A stretch of 63,332 nucleotides of DNA, the filler included, from Globobulimina sp. (taxonomy: Eukaryota), in the NCBI GenBank assembly GCA_003354225.1. It is 14 parts of 14 records of this genome, joined end to end, with 100 filler letters (N's around TTAATTAATTAA, not from the genome) between each part and the next. Parts side by side here need not be neighbours in the genome. Positions count along the whole stretch, not along the records: positions 9,083 to 13,515 come from PIVH01001247.1; positions 13,616 to 18,047 come from PIVH01001248.1; positions 18,148 to 22,579 come from PIVH01001249.1; positions 22,680 to 27,110 come from PIVH01001250.1; 10 more parts are not named here. One strand, written 5' to 3'. This document shows, piece after piece, positions 11,189-22,688 of this stretch. The first letter of the stretch is position 1. Each line of letters begins with the position of its first letter. The notes beneath the pieces were generated by a model. That model searched no databases. It was given only the letters and a program-made list of their open reading frames with translations, and was not told where the DNA came from. The position numbers and the translations under genes are program-made.

Positions 11189-13208
11189 ATGTTGTCTCGT
11201 TGCAATCTGTTCCTAAATATCAAAGCTCTATCCTCACATCATTATGCATTCAATTTATCCAAAGCCACTCTTAAATCAGAGGTTGGTGCCCCAATGGAAG
11301 ATTTTAAATCGAACATAACTGAAACATTTGCTAAACTAAATACAAAGCCAAAGGAAATAGCATCATTATTCATTAATGGACAATTCATTGATTCTAAAAC
11401 AACACAATATCATGACGTTTTTAATCCGGTCTGGAAATCTCCTACATTTTCTGACTTGTGTTGTTTTCCATCATCTATTCGTATTACAACTAATATATGT
11501 ATTATGTATATAGGCAACACAAGAATTAGTAACTCGTGTTCCAGAAACAACCCAGGACGAATTTGATGCAGCAGTAGCATGCGCAGTGCAAGCACAGAAA
11601 CACTGGGCAGCAACACCAATAACCATACGGCAAAGATATCTGTTCGATTATCAGCGTATACTACGTGACTCACAGCATTAGATTGCCAAATTGATTACGG
11701 TAGAACATGGTAAAACAATTACAGACGCGGTAGGTGATGTGTTTCGAGGTTTGGAAGTGGTGGAACAATCTTGTAATGCAGTAACCTCAATGATGGGTGA
11801 AACAGTACGTGATGTGGCCCGTGGAATTGATACATATACATATAAAGAGCCAATTGGTGTGACTGCTGGAATATGCCCGTTCAATTTCCCAGCTATGATA
11901 CCATTATGGATGTTTCCTGTTGCTTTAGCCACTGGAAATGCAATGATATTAAAACCGTCTGAACGGACACCAACTGCGACATTGATGTTAATGGAATTGT
12001 TAAATAGAATTGATATACCAAAAGGTTTAGTGTTGTTCAAAATATTTAAGCTATAAATATTTATTGCGATATAATAATATTCAGATTTATAACTTATATA
12101 ACAATGCTAAAATATTTATATTTGTATTCTTTGATATAAATAAAATAAATATTTTATCATGAATACAACTGAAACAATATACTGCAAATATTAGCAAGTC
12201 TACAAATACTGTTTCCATTTGACCTTATATTGTTTCTATCTGACCGTTGTCAATTTGTTGAAATTGTCAGATATTGTACGTGTTTGATATAAATGTCCTG
12301 AAATCTGAATTAAATTATGTATAGGTTTGGTAAATATTGTGCATGGTGGTAGAGACTGTGTAAATAAAATATGTGATGATCCACACATTCGTGCAGTCTC
12401 ATTTGTAGGCAGTAATGTTGCGGGCGAATACATTCATCAAAGAGCCACTGCAACCAATAAGCGAGCCCAATGTAATATGGGTGCAAAAAACCATGCCATT
12501 GTATTACCAAATGCTCCTAAAGCATCAACTGTAAATGCTTTGGTTGGCGCAGCATTTGGTACCACCGGTCAGCGATGTATGGCACTTCCGGTGGTATTAC
12601 TAGTCGGTGATTCAAATGAATGGATAAATGAATTTATTTCAGCGGCAAAAGGTTTAAAAGTTGGTGCTGGCACTGATCCAACAACGGATATTGCGCCATT
12701 AACCAGTGCTGCTGCAAAAATAAAGGTCGAATCTCTTATTGACAGTGCAATTGGGGATGGTGCAAATATCGTGTTAGATGGTAGGAATTGTGTGGTTGAT
12801 GGGTATCCAAATGGTAATTTTGTAGGACCAACAATAATAACTGATGTTGAGCCAGGAATGACATGTTATGATGAAGAAATATTTGGACCAGTAATGTTAA
12901 TAAAAACATGTCAAACATTGGACGAAGCAATACATATAATCAATAATAACGAATATGGAAATGGTTGTGCAATATTTACAAATAATGGTCCAGCAGCAAG
13001 AAAATTTGAACGTGATATAAATATTGGAAACATTGGTATAAATTTACCAATCCCTGTGCCATTACCATTTTTCTCATTTACTGGTGCTAAAAATTCATAT
13101 CGTGGCAGTAGTTATTTTTATGGTAAACACGGTGTTAATTTCTATACTTATCCTAAAACTATTACTTCAAATTGGAAGGAATTTGATGAAAAGAAATCTA
13201 TCAACTAA
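11189..13208 (+). CDS. ALDH6A1: Methylmalonate-semialdehyde dehydrogenase (acylating), mitochondrial; 3 exons; one in-frame TAG
   Basis: [62 protein letters not shown] and [13 protein letters not shown]. Introns 11429-11513 and 12025-12324. In-frame TAG at 11679-11681. Confidence 0.95.
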
Positions 13209-13615
13209 ATATCTGAAATTTTGCCTTTATTTTTTGCGATTTTATACACTTTTGTTGTGGTAAACTGACAACTAAGACTGTTTTCTACTTTAATTTAACA
13301 TTTACTAGCTAGTCATAGTCCACCTAGACTCCACTGTATACCATAAATGGTGCGTCGACCCCGATCTTATCTGGTCCTTCCGACTGAACTTCGATCAAAA
13401 AAAGAAAAGCGGTAGCAAGAGAATAGGAAAAATGGTCAATCAATGATAATTATGGAAACGTTATTACATTGACACATTCGGACATTAAACATTTTTCAAA
13501 ACAGAAGAGAGTGAANNNNNNNNNNNNNNNNNNNNNNNNNNNNNNNNNNNNNNNNNNNNTTAATTAATTAANNNNNNNNNNNNNNNNNNNNNNNNNNNNN
13601 NNNNNNNNNNNNNNN

Positions 13616-14327
13616 AATTTGGCAATATCATATTTTCCTTCATATGTTGCCATAATTTCACTTTTTTTGCTACAAATAATGAATAATTCTACCACCAATT
13701 CTGGTTCTGATGCATCAATTTTTGGGTTTCCATTCAATTTGCTGGCTGTGGATACAATTTGTATTGATTGTGTGTTTGTAGGTAGGATTATTGCGGATTT
13801 ATCATATCCTTGGTGCAATAATCAAGGATGGAATTGTCATAATTTTATTCAGACTCCATTGTGATTTATGATTGAATTCTAATGCAACAAACACTGTATT
13901 TTTCTTTGTGTAGTCAAGATTTGGGTCAAGTCTTTCCAGTGACGTTTGCCAGTCAGATAATGGACGTAACAATAATGGTATTCCAGAATAAAAACCTTTC
14001 CCATTCTGTTGATTGTAAAATAAATCAAATAAGTAATCTCTTGTCAGTTCAAATATAGGTGGTTCCATTCCCCTTTTCCGGTATCTTTGCATTTGATGAC
14101 TCTTCGCAGAGTTCAATACTTTAACCATATATCCGCTGCATGGGAGTGCACAATTGCTCGTATATACATATTTTGCATATGGGACCAAACCCAGACTTTG
14201 TTGTCCTGTTTTTATAATAATGCGACAATGGCTTGGAAGCTTTGCATGTATTGCATTGTTTGCTGTTCTCATAATTTGCAATAGAACCGAATAATCGCTG
14301 GTTGTACCAGAACGGACGATATTTCAT
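13616..14327 (-). pseudogene. Zn-ribbon + HNH-like (His-Me finger) protein, frameshifted
   Basis: CNTCKASKPLSHY..CKIC is in ORF 14121..14327. QNGKGFYSGIPL..WQTSLERLDPNLDYTKKNTVFVALEFN is in a different frame (ORF 13802..14281). One shift lies near 14140 and probably another near 13815. Confidence 0.55.
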
Positions 14328-14444
14328 TTAAGAAAACTTTAAATCAGAAAACTTGATCGAAAGAAAACTGGACTTTATAGGTAATATTAAAATTGTAATA
14401 AGGTAATAACTAAATAAATAAATAAGTCATTGATTAATTTATAA

Positions 14445-16684
14445 TTATTCAAAGTCAAAAATATGTTTGAAAAACTGTTGATGACTAATAACATCACACT
14501 GATACATTTTAACTTTACTTACTTTTTTTTTATTGACATTTGTTTGAATTTTTATTTCCTTCAATTGTTTTACAGGAACAATGCAACAAATCCCCAGCAT
14601 CGATCTATATATTTTATGTGTATTATTATCGTAATTATTATTGTTATCCACAATGGTCCAACAATTCCAATTATCAAAATTATATTTATTCAAATTCAAT
14701 TTCAAAATCACAAATTGTTTGTTTTTCGCTTTAATTGTTTTATTAATAAAATACGATTTGATATCATCGAATGTCGCCAATTCCACATATCCATAATTTA
14801 AATATCCATAATTTTTGTACATATTCCGTCCATTTACAAAAAATTTCTTCACTTCTTTTTTTTTATTTAAATCTGGAAATATTTTCATTTTCTTTCCATT
14901 TATTTTCGAATGACACAAAATATATACATTTCCATTATTTTTTGGTTGGAATTTATCAAAACATTTAATGGCTAATTCAATATTTCTATAAATTGCTAAA
15001 AAATTCTCATTCCGCCCGCTCTCACAGTCAATCAATGATTTATTTACATTTCTTCTTATTTCCTTATTTTGTAACATTGAATTGATTGCAAATAAATATT
15101 TGTTCCTCGCTTCGAATCTATTATCAATATTATCGACCATTGAGATGATATTTGCTGATTTCCCTTTATTTGCAATGGCCAATGCTTCGTTTAATTGCTG
15201 TTCATCATCGCCTTCATATTTATGACCAGTCTCATCGTCAATATCTAAGAATGTGTTCGCATTTAAATATAAATATAAACATCGACCAAAGCCGGGACCG
15301 CTATATATTTCATCATCGTTTTGTAATAAATATGTTTCATAAAATAAGTCAAATAATTTTGTTTCGTTGCAATTGTTTTTATGTTTTTCGCCATACATTT
15401 CACTCAATAAATTTATAATTATTTCAGGTTTGATTTGTTTCATTTCATCGAGCAAATCATCTTCAAATTGCTCATTGATCGGCCATCGGAATGTTAAATA
15501 TTTTTCCTTCCTATTTTCATGTTTTTTGTTCCAGACAGTTTCAAATAATTTGAAAATTAAAACCAAGTCATTCCAAATCGCATTTTTTATGCATATTTTA
15601 CATAAATGATTCATGAATGAATTGCGAAATAATTCCCATTTGTTATCCATTTCAGTTTCATTTTTATTGTCGAATATTTGGACATAATCAAATTGTCGCA
15701 TTTCTTGGAAATTGCTGGAAAATGTGATGGAATCAATTATTATTTTGAATGTTTTGGAGATTGAGTTTAATGAGAATAATTTTGATGGCTTTTCGTATCC
15801 AATTTTTATTGGTTCTGATAAATAACAAAAATATTTTAATTTATACCCATTTAAGCCACAATAATTATTTCTATGTTCTTGTTTGCTTTTTTTTGATGGT
15901 TCGTTGTCATTTTCATCCGATTCGAATTCTGATTTATCGCTTTCTTCATCATCATTTGTGTCCGACTGTACTTGTTTTATTTCGTCATTCTCATTCTCAT
16001 CGGGTTCAGATTGTATTTTTTTATTTGAATTCAGATTTTCTTTGTTTTCATCATCATTTTGTTCATTCTCATTTTTATTATCATCGTCTTCAGATTCTTT
16101 TCTTTTGTTTTTATTCTCATTTTGATTTTCTTCACAATCACTTTCTTCATATTCAGTTGAATCATTATTTTTATTTTTTAAATCCATATCCATTGCTTCA
16201 TCCTTTTGGTTAATCATTTTACATAAAAAAATATAATAAATTGTAATATATTATACCTCCGCATCCGATATCGATTGATGTTGAATTTTATTTTGTTTTT
16301 TTTTATTTACTTGATTCATAATTGGTTTTTTCAACATTTTCGGTGCTTTGAATCCGTTTCTTTTCTTTGGTGCTTTGAATTTGTTTGTTTTACCGGTTAT
16401 TCTCTGTGTATTTAATCATTGATTCATATTATTTTTACGTACTTGTTTTATAAATTAAAGAATAATAACTCTATTTTTTAATGATTTGAAAGCATACATT
16501 TTACCCTTATTCGAATTCGGGTTCTGTTTAATTCATAAAATAAAATAAGAAAATGAAATTTAAATTTAAATTAATTATAAAATACCTCAGTTTCCTGTGA
16601 TTTTTTTCTTTTTTTTAAATGTTCTGCATCTTCATCTTCATCTTCTGTTATCGCCAACTTTCGCTTTTTACCCAATACTGACAT
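14445..16684 (-). CDS. Hypothetical protein with basic NLS-like N-terminus and long acidic/Asn-rich region; multi-exon
   Basis: 590-aa terminal ORF 14445..16217 plus short upstream exons starting MSVLGKKRK at 16684, with GT..AG boundaries; no domain recognised. Confidence 0.6.
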
Positions 16685-16911
16685 TCTGAATTAATTGGAA
16701 TTTGTAGAAATTGCTCGAAACAAAATCAAGCGCAACGATGAAATGAATTACAAGCGAAAAGATGCTAGCCCCCCGACTTTAATTAAAACAAGTTACAAAG
16801 CCTTGTTTTCCCTCTCCTTTAAAAAAAATATGATTTTATCATTGAACAACAATAAAGAATTATTTTAAAATATTAAAAAATGTGAGGGTCTGTTTACGCA
16901 GTTATTATGAT

Positions 16912-18027
16912 TTATTTTTTAGCATTAAAAGAAGCTAATAAATCGTCAATATATTGATTGCCATATTTTTCTTTAAATTGATTGATCATATTTTCCCAAT
17001 ATTTTTCTTTTTCATTATCATTTGGTGCGCCGTCTAAATGAGGATCAATCGGAACATATTTCCTATTTTTAACACTCCATTTTCTTAATTTTTCCACTGG
17101 CCGCGGAATATAAACATTTCGACCATTATTATCCTGCACAATAAAATTATTTATTTCATGCTCAGGCGATTTAAATACAAATCTATCAAACATTTTGTTG
17201 ATTAATCCAATACAAAGCAACCGTTTAAATGCGGCCTCACAGACTGGAGAAATAATTTGTTTCTTCCACACTGAAAATTTTGATCGTTTATAGTATTGCA
17301 ATGAGGAAAATGTTATTTCCCCAACAAAATATTCTTCATTTGACCCATTTAAAAACGTATATTCGATGCCTTCACTGATTGATATCGAATCCATTGTTAT
17401 TTTATCTTCAATTTCGATTAAAAATAATTCATTGGCACCGTCACTGTCATTTATGATGATAATTTTTTCCAAAATTTCCTCATTTTCGAAACATTCAATG
17501 GATAATATATGAGTTCCTTTTTTATGCACAAACAATTTATTGATGGAATTATATGTTTTAATCCGCGCATTTTCTAAATAGCGAATTGTTTTTATCTCTT
17601 CTGAACCTGAACAAATATCATTTTTTTTCCTTAAAATCAAATCTTTGAGGTTTTGTGGTACAGAAAGTGACTCATTCGACTTATGCTCATTTTCATTAAT
17701 TTGTATTCTTTTTTTTGTTCGTTTTCTTCGTGCTTTATTGGCAATGATTGGTTTATTTAATATGATGGATTGATCCATTTCAATTTCTTTTTTTTCTGAT
17801 GTTTCTTTTGCTTTTTGTTTTGGCGCAATAGCATCAACTCTCATTTTTGTTGGATCGAAGTTAAAATGAGCAAATTTTGCAGCTAACTTTCCTTTCATTT
17901 TATTATTTCCACCTGATATTTTTCTCCGTTTTTTGCTTGGCGCAATTGTGCCAATATCATCACCAACCATCTCATTCAATGATCGTTTTATGCCTCTTTT
18001 CTCTCCTTCTTTTTCTTCTTTTGCCAT
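16912..18027 (-). CDS. Hypothetical protein
   Basis: 371-aa ORF with a Lys/Arg-rich N-terminus; no domain recognised. Confidence 0.6.
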   Translation of the reverse strand: MAKEEKEGEKRGIKRSLNEMVGDDIGTIAPSKKRRKISGGNNKMKGKLAAKFAHFNFDPTKMRVDAIAPKQKAKETSEKKEIEMDQSIILNKPIIANKARRKRTKKRIQINENEHKSNESLSVPQNLKDLILRKKNDICSGSEEIKTIRYLENARIKTYNSINKLFVHKKGTHILSIECFENEEILEKIIIINDSDGANELFLIEIEDKITMDSISISEGIEYTFLNGSNEEYFVGEITFSSLQYYKRSKFSVWKKQIISPVCEAAFKRLLCIGLINKMFDRFVFKSPEHEINNFIVQDNNGRNVYIPRPVEKLRKWSVKNRKYVPIDPHLDGAPNDNEKEKYWENMINQFKEKYGNQYIDDLLASFNAKK

Positions 18028-18416
18028 TGTTACAACCTAATAAATTANNNNNNNNNNNNNNNNNNNNNNNNNNNNNNNNNNNNNNNNNNNNTTAATTAAT
18101 TAANNNNNNNNNNNNNNNNNNNNNNNNNNNNNNNNNNNNNNNNNNNNTATACATCACGACCACCATGACTCCAATGAAATCTCACCGGATATTTCTCATC
18201 TTGTACAGAACTCTCCAATGATAACTGTTGCTGTCTCTGTTTTACATTATCTCTGATTTTTGGTTGTTTGATAGATATTCAAAAATGTATAAATTAAACT
18301 TAGGAGTTGCCATGTTCAGTTGTTGAGGAAGTTGATGACACAAAACTCAACAAAAAAAATTTTGATTCGTTCAGCTCTATTTCCACAATTCAAAGTGTCA
18401 GAAAAATGGGTTTAAA

Positions 18417-20606
18417 TCATACTGATGATGCGACAATGTGTACTTGATTCACCGCGGAGTTAAACGGATTATGTTTCTTTTGTTGTTGCCTATTTTGCTT
18501 TGATACGTTTGATTTATTTTTATTTCTATTTCTTTTACCAATTAATCTTGATTTAAACCTTCTCATCAAATATAGTTTAAACACGATTAACAAAATAAAC
18601 GTACATCCCATTCCTGTTAAAATTGTACCATACCCACTGCTCAATGTTTGTATCATTATTATAATCATACAAATATTACTCATAAATACAATTTGATTTA
18701 ACCAACGTGTCCATGCTAACCAATACAAAATCATATAATCCAATCCAATTATACCAACAATTATACCCATTGCAATATATAAAGGAAATCCAATCCATAC
18801 ACTATCAACCACTAAGACACTGCATAATATTCCACCAATCAATAATTCAAACACAAAAAATATTTTAATAGCATTGGAAAACGTATCATCTGTTCTTGCA
18901 CTCAAACTCTTTGGATTTTTCATACTTTTGCTCACTATTTGAGCCGCTTGAGCAGTGCTAGCAGTTTGGGGCTCAGCTGCTGCCTTTCCGGTATTATTTG
19001 TATTTGGTGGTGTGATTCGTTGATGAGGCACGGTCAAAATAGGTAATTTACCCTGAACATTTGGCGTAGTTTTAGGAACAGCCAAATAATTATTTGTCAC
19101 ATTCTGCAACATACGACGGGCCTCAATAATTTTTGGTGCAGATGGTGGTATATTACATGCAAAAGCTTGTTGTAAAACAGTTTTTAACTTATCAGCGTTT
19201 TTACTCTGTATCGCCTCATCAATGGCACGGAATATATTTGCAGGCTGACTGCCATTACACACCACATAATCCAGCAACAAATGCGATATATTCATCATAA
19301 CCGCTATATCCGACATATCACACAAATGCGTTGAAGAATCTATTAAATGTTTTATTAAATGTCTTTGAGTACTTCGTGCATTGCTAATTTCTTCATAGCG
19401 AATATATAAACCATGCCTTTGTGGACAGGAAAATAGTTTTAAACCCTTCAAAGTGCCATCCGTTTTACCATTCGGTTTCTGCAAACAAAGGCCAACAACC
19501 ACTGTATCCACAAAACCCCCACCATGCTGTTCCTGTAACTGTTGTATGGGAATACCATATTCATTGCCTACATATTGGATAATACCTAATCCCAGCCGCG
19601 GAATATAAATTTTCTGATTCAGAGCTATTTTGGGTTGAATTTCAGATATCTGTTTCATTCTATTTTTGATCTCAGATTTGCTCAATATTTTTGTTGGAGA
19701 TTTTACCGTTGGAGATGGAGTTGGTAATGCTGGCAACTTATAGTTAGGTATTGGTGGTATGCCAGGTATTTCTGGTTCGTGAGGCGAGAGAGGAATTTGT
19801 GATATCTCAGACACATCGGGGATATCTGGTATATGTATTTTTCTTTTCAAATGTGAGATATGATTCTGTTTCACCATTATGCCATGATGAGCAAGTGAGG
19901 AAAAGTATCTTTTACCATTGATGGTGCCATCCGTACCTTTCTTCAATGCCTTTTTTAGCTCAATTCCAAACCATAAGGCATAGGTATCGTGTCTAGCGCC
20001 GATGTATCTAATTTTGCCTTTATTATTGGGTGCGGCAATGTTGTTGACAGTAACTATTTCATTCAATGTGAAATCTGTTTCGTTTTGAGGTGGGAGTATG
20101 GTTAGTTTTGATTTTAACATAAATGCAGCATGCTTTGGTTTGGTTTGAAAATAGCGAACATTGAAGACTCTGCCATCATGTTTGCCTTTGGGTTCATCTA
20201 ATTCTATGCCGGCAAATATGCCGATTTTTGACGATATTCTGCCAATATAACGAATGGTTCCTCTGCCTATTTTGGAGTGTTGACAGCGAGACATAACATT
20301 TGATTGTTTATGTTTTTTACGCATTTTGACTCCTAATATTGCTTCAGGATCGTATGCGTGGTGTTTTGTTGTTGCATTTTGTTCAATTTGTTGGAACTTT
20401 GGTGAATTTACAGCAATATTTGTATTTCTCCAACAGTTTGAACAATACCAATATCCATCCTGCGGGTCTACATCACCTAATATTCCTTCTTTAGTTTCTC
20501 CACATTGATTACAAGTTTTGTATCCCCCAAATTCGTTTAATTTCATATCGTAGCCAAAATTGATTGCAAAAATTATGAGAATCATCTCATAATTAAATAC
20601 CGCCAT
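18417..20606 (-). CDS. Triple CAP-Gly domain protein with N-terminal Zn-finger-like motif and C-terminal TM helices
   Basis: GTIRYIG..AGIELDEPKGKHDG..RYF; GKIRYIG..WFGIEL..GTDGTINGKRYF; GIIQYVG..VGL.L.KPNGKTDG..LFSC. CNQC..YCSNCW at the N-terminus. About four hydrophobic helices near the C-terminus. Confidence 0.88.
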   Translation of the reverse strand: MAVFNYEMILIIFAINFGYDMKLNEFGGYKTCNQCGETKEGILGDVDPQDGYWYCSNCWRNTNIAVNSPKFQQIEQNATTKHHAYDPEAILGVKMRKKHKQSNVMSRCQHSKIGRGTIRYIGRISSKIGIFAGIELDEPKGKHDGRVFNVRYFQTKPKHAAFMLKSKLTILPPQNETDFTLNEIVTVNNIAAPNNKGKIRYIGARHDTYALWFGIELKKALKKGTDGTINGKRYFSSLAHHGIMVKQNHISHLKRKIHIPDIPDVSEISQIPLSPHEPEIPGIPPIPNYKLPALPTPSPTVKSPTKILSKSEIKNRMKQISEIQPKIALNQKIYIPRLGLGIIQYVGNEYGIPIQQLQEQHGGGFVDTVVVGLCLQKPNGKTDGTLKGLKLFSCPQRHGLYIRYEEISNARSTQRHLIKHLIDSSTHLCDMSDIAVMMNISHLLLDYVVCNGSQPANIFRAIDEAIQSKNADKLKTVLQQAFACNIPPSAPKIIEARRMLQNVTNNYLAVPKTTPNVQGKLPILTVPHQRITPPNTNNTGKAAAEPQTASTAQAAQIVSKSMKNPKSLSARTDDTFSNAIKIFFVFELLIGGILCSVLVVDSVWIGFPLYIAMGIIVGIIGLDYMILYWLAWTRWLNQIVFMSNICMIIIMIQTLSSGYGTILTGMGCTFILLIVFKLYLMRRFKSRLIGKRNRNKNKSNVSKQNRQQQKKHNPFNSAVNQVHIVASSV

Positions 20607-20767
20607 TTATCGTCTTATATCGCATCTGGAAAATGTACACAGTCATCCCATATTCAGATGTATCTGTTATTTGCTTTTGCTTTGTTAATTGTACATTTTA
20701 GCGCGCCGTGACATGTTTTGATTTGTTGATGTTTGCACTACTAATGTTATTATAGTAAGTCTGTAAA

Positions 20768-21316
20768 ATGGCGGAAGAAAAAGAGATGAAAGTTGATAAT
20801 AATGATAAGAAGGAGAATGAGGCGATGGTCGATGAATTTGAAATATGTGAAATTGGAAAACCAATCATCAATGATCGAGGAAAACAATTTAAATCCTTTA
20901 GACAGGAAAAATGGTTTGATACGAAAAATAGAATGCAATTTGTAAACATAACATCAGAAATTGAACAAATGCTCAGAAAAAGTGGCATTACTGATGGAAT
21001 TTTATTGGTATCACCTATGCATATTACTGCATCTGTGTTGGTTCAAGATGATGACAAAAAATTACATGCAGATTTTGCAACATATTTAGAAACATTGGTA
21101 CCAAATGATGAGGATATGAGTAAAGACCTTTATTCACATAATTCATGGGGTGATTCTAATGCAGATAGCCACATAAAAAGACAGTTATTTAAAAGAGAAA
21201 TTTGGATTTCTGTAACAAATGGAAAATTTGATTTTGGTCAATCTGAACAAATAATTTATGCGGAGTTTGATGGGAGACGAAGGAAAAGAGTGTTGATCAA
21301 AATATTGGGATATTGA
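20768..21316 (+). CDS. yjbQ: YjbQ/UPF0047 family protein (copy 1)
   Basis: FVNIT..SGI.DG..MHITASV..DD..LH.D..NADSHIKRQ..EQI.YAEFDGRRRKRVLIKI.G. Confidence 0.9.
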   Translation: MAEEKEMKVDNNDKKENEAMVDEFEICEIGKPIINDRGKQFKSFRQEKWFDTKNRMQFVNITSEIEQMLRKSGITDGILLVSPMHITASVLVQDDDKKLHADFATYLETLVPNDEDMSKDLYSHNSWGDSNADSHIKRQLFKREIWISVTNGKFDFGQSEQIIYAEFDGRRRKRVLIKILGY

Positions 21317-21373
21317 CATAATTATTATACAAACTATTTGTTATCCTCGCACAGTGACATAATTGTATATAAT

Positions 21374-21805
21374 TTATATTCCGACTATTTTTATAAGAAC
21401 TTCTTTTTGTTTATTATTCCCGCCATCAAATTCACCGTAAAAAATCTGTTCCCATGGTCCAAAATCTAAATTTCCATTAGAAACTGCGACCATTACACCC
21501 CTTCCGAATAATTGTCTTTTTATATGAGCCACTGCATCTTTATTTTTATATTGGTTGTTTGCTGGGACTTCTTTATCAAGGAATTCAGTAAAATCCTGAT
21601 GTAAACCATGTTCATCATCATTTATAAAGACACTCGCTTTAGTACTCATCGCATTTACACTTACAAATCCTTCTCGTATTCCAGATTTAACCAATGATTC
21701 ATTTACAAAACGAGTAATATTACGAAATGCACATTTTTTCTTTGATTTAATTCCGATTTTAGACAAATAAGATTTATTTTTAGATTCCTTGGCTTGTTGT
21801 GACAT
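21374..21805 (-). CDS. yjbQ: YjbQ/UPF0047 family protein (copy 2)
   Basis: FRNIT..SGIREG..NAM..ASVFINDDEHGLHQD..AHIKRQ..LDFGPWEQIFYGEFDG; ATG at 21805. Confidence 0.9.
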   Translation of the reverse strand: MSQQAKESKNKSYLSKIGIKSKKKCAFRNITRFVNESLVKSGIREGFVSVNAMSTKASVFINDDEHGLHQDFTEFLDKEVPANNQYKNKDAVAHIKRQLFGRGVMVAVSNGNLDFGPWEQIFYGEFDGGNNKQKEVLIKIVGI

Positions 21806-21972
21806 GATCCTGTACTCAAAAATTGTTCTGTTCAAAAAAAACAAAATAAATTGGTAATTGGTAATGGAGTGTTTGTTGTTATAATTATTAAATTACATAA
21901 TTCATAATATATTTATACAGTTATGTCATTAATGAGAATTATGTGATAGTTTATAGTTAGTGGCCATGGTTA

Positions 21973-22579
21973 TTATTTAGCATCCAATTCATCGTAACTT
22001 ACACTATCAGTTCTGTCTGCACCTTCACCTTTTCCTGTTTTTGTTTGAACCCATTCTTTGGTGACAGTACACCCCGCAAATATATACGAAGGCAATATTT
22101 TCCAAAACCATAAATTTGGAACATTGTATTCAAAATCACTCCAATCTTTATCAGGATTTCTCATTCCATTAAATATATATCCACCAACACAATAAAGCAT
22201 AATAAATACAAATAACAATACTAATACAATACTGCCAGTGCTTAAACCCGATGACTCATTATCGTCTGATCCGGGACCACATGCAAGTTTTGTGTAAATG
22301 GTGAGATAATATGCGCATATTTCATTTTCTTTTTCTCCACATAATGTAGTACCATATGGGTCGGCATTTGCATCACAAATAAATGTTAAATCAAGTGTTC
22401 TTGGGTTATGACAACCAAATGTTGTTTCACCATTCGCATAGTCAAAAACATAGGCATTTTGACCATCGATGGTTGTTTGTCGCGGTGTGATTGCATCATC
22501 AAATGAAGCAATCCCTGCTTGGCAACTACCGCCTAGAGAGTTTTGTACAACCATATATCGATCCAAATCCCACATACTG
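21973..22579 (-). CDS. Mannose-6-phosphate receptor / ATG27-like type I membrane protein, 5'-truncated
   Basis: MRH-type end (TFICD..C.Y..TIYTKLAC), then GLSTGS.. TM helix LYCVGGYIFN and the cytosolic PN..FW..LP motif. Confidence 0.8.
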
Positions 22580-22688
22580 NNNNNNNNNNNNNNNNNNNNN
22601 NNNNNNNNNNNNNNNNNNNNNNNTTAATTAATTAANNNNNNNNNNNNNNNNNNNNNNNNNNNNNNNNNNNNNNNNNNNNTTGCAGGGG

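Noticed and set aside
11679..11681. Genome-wide TAG reassignment
   Set aside because: Only one in-frame TAG was seen, the other long ORFs read in the standard code, and ORFs 32089..33357 and 43281..44552 end plausibly at TAG.
14445..15200. Possible ADP-ribosyltransferase-like fold in the C-terminus of the hypothetical protein
   Set aside because: Only a vague pattern; no convincing R-S-E motifs, so unsupported without a profile search.
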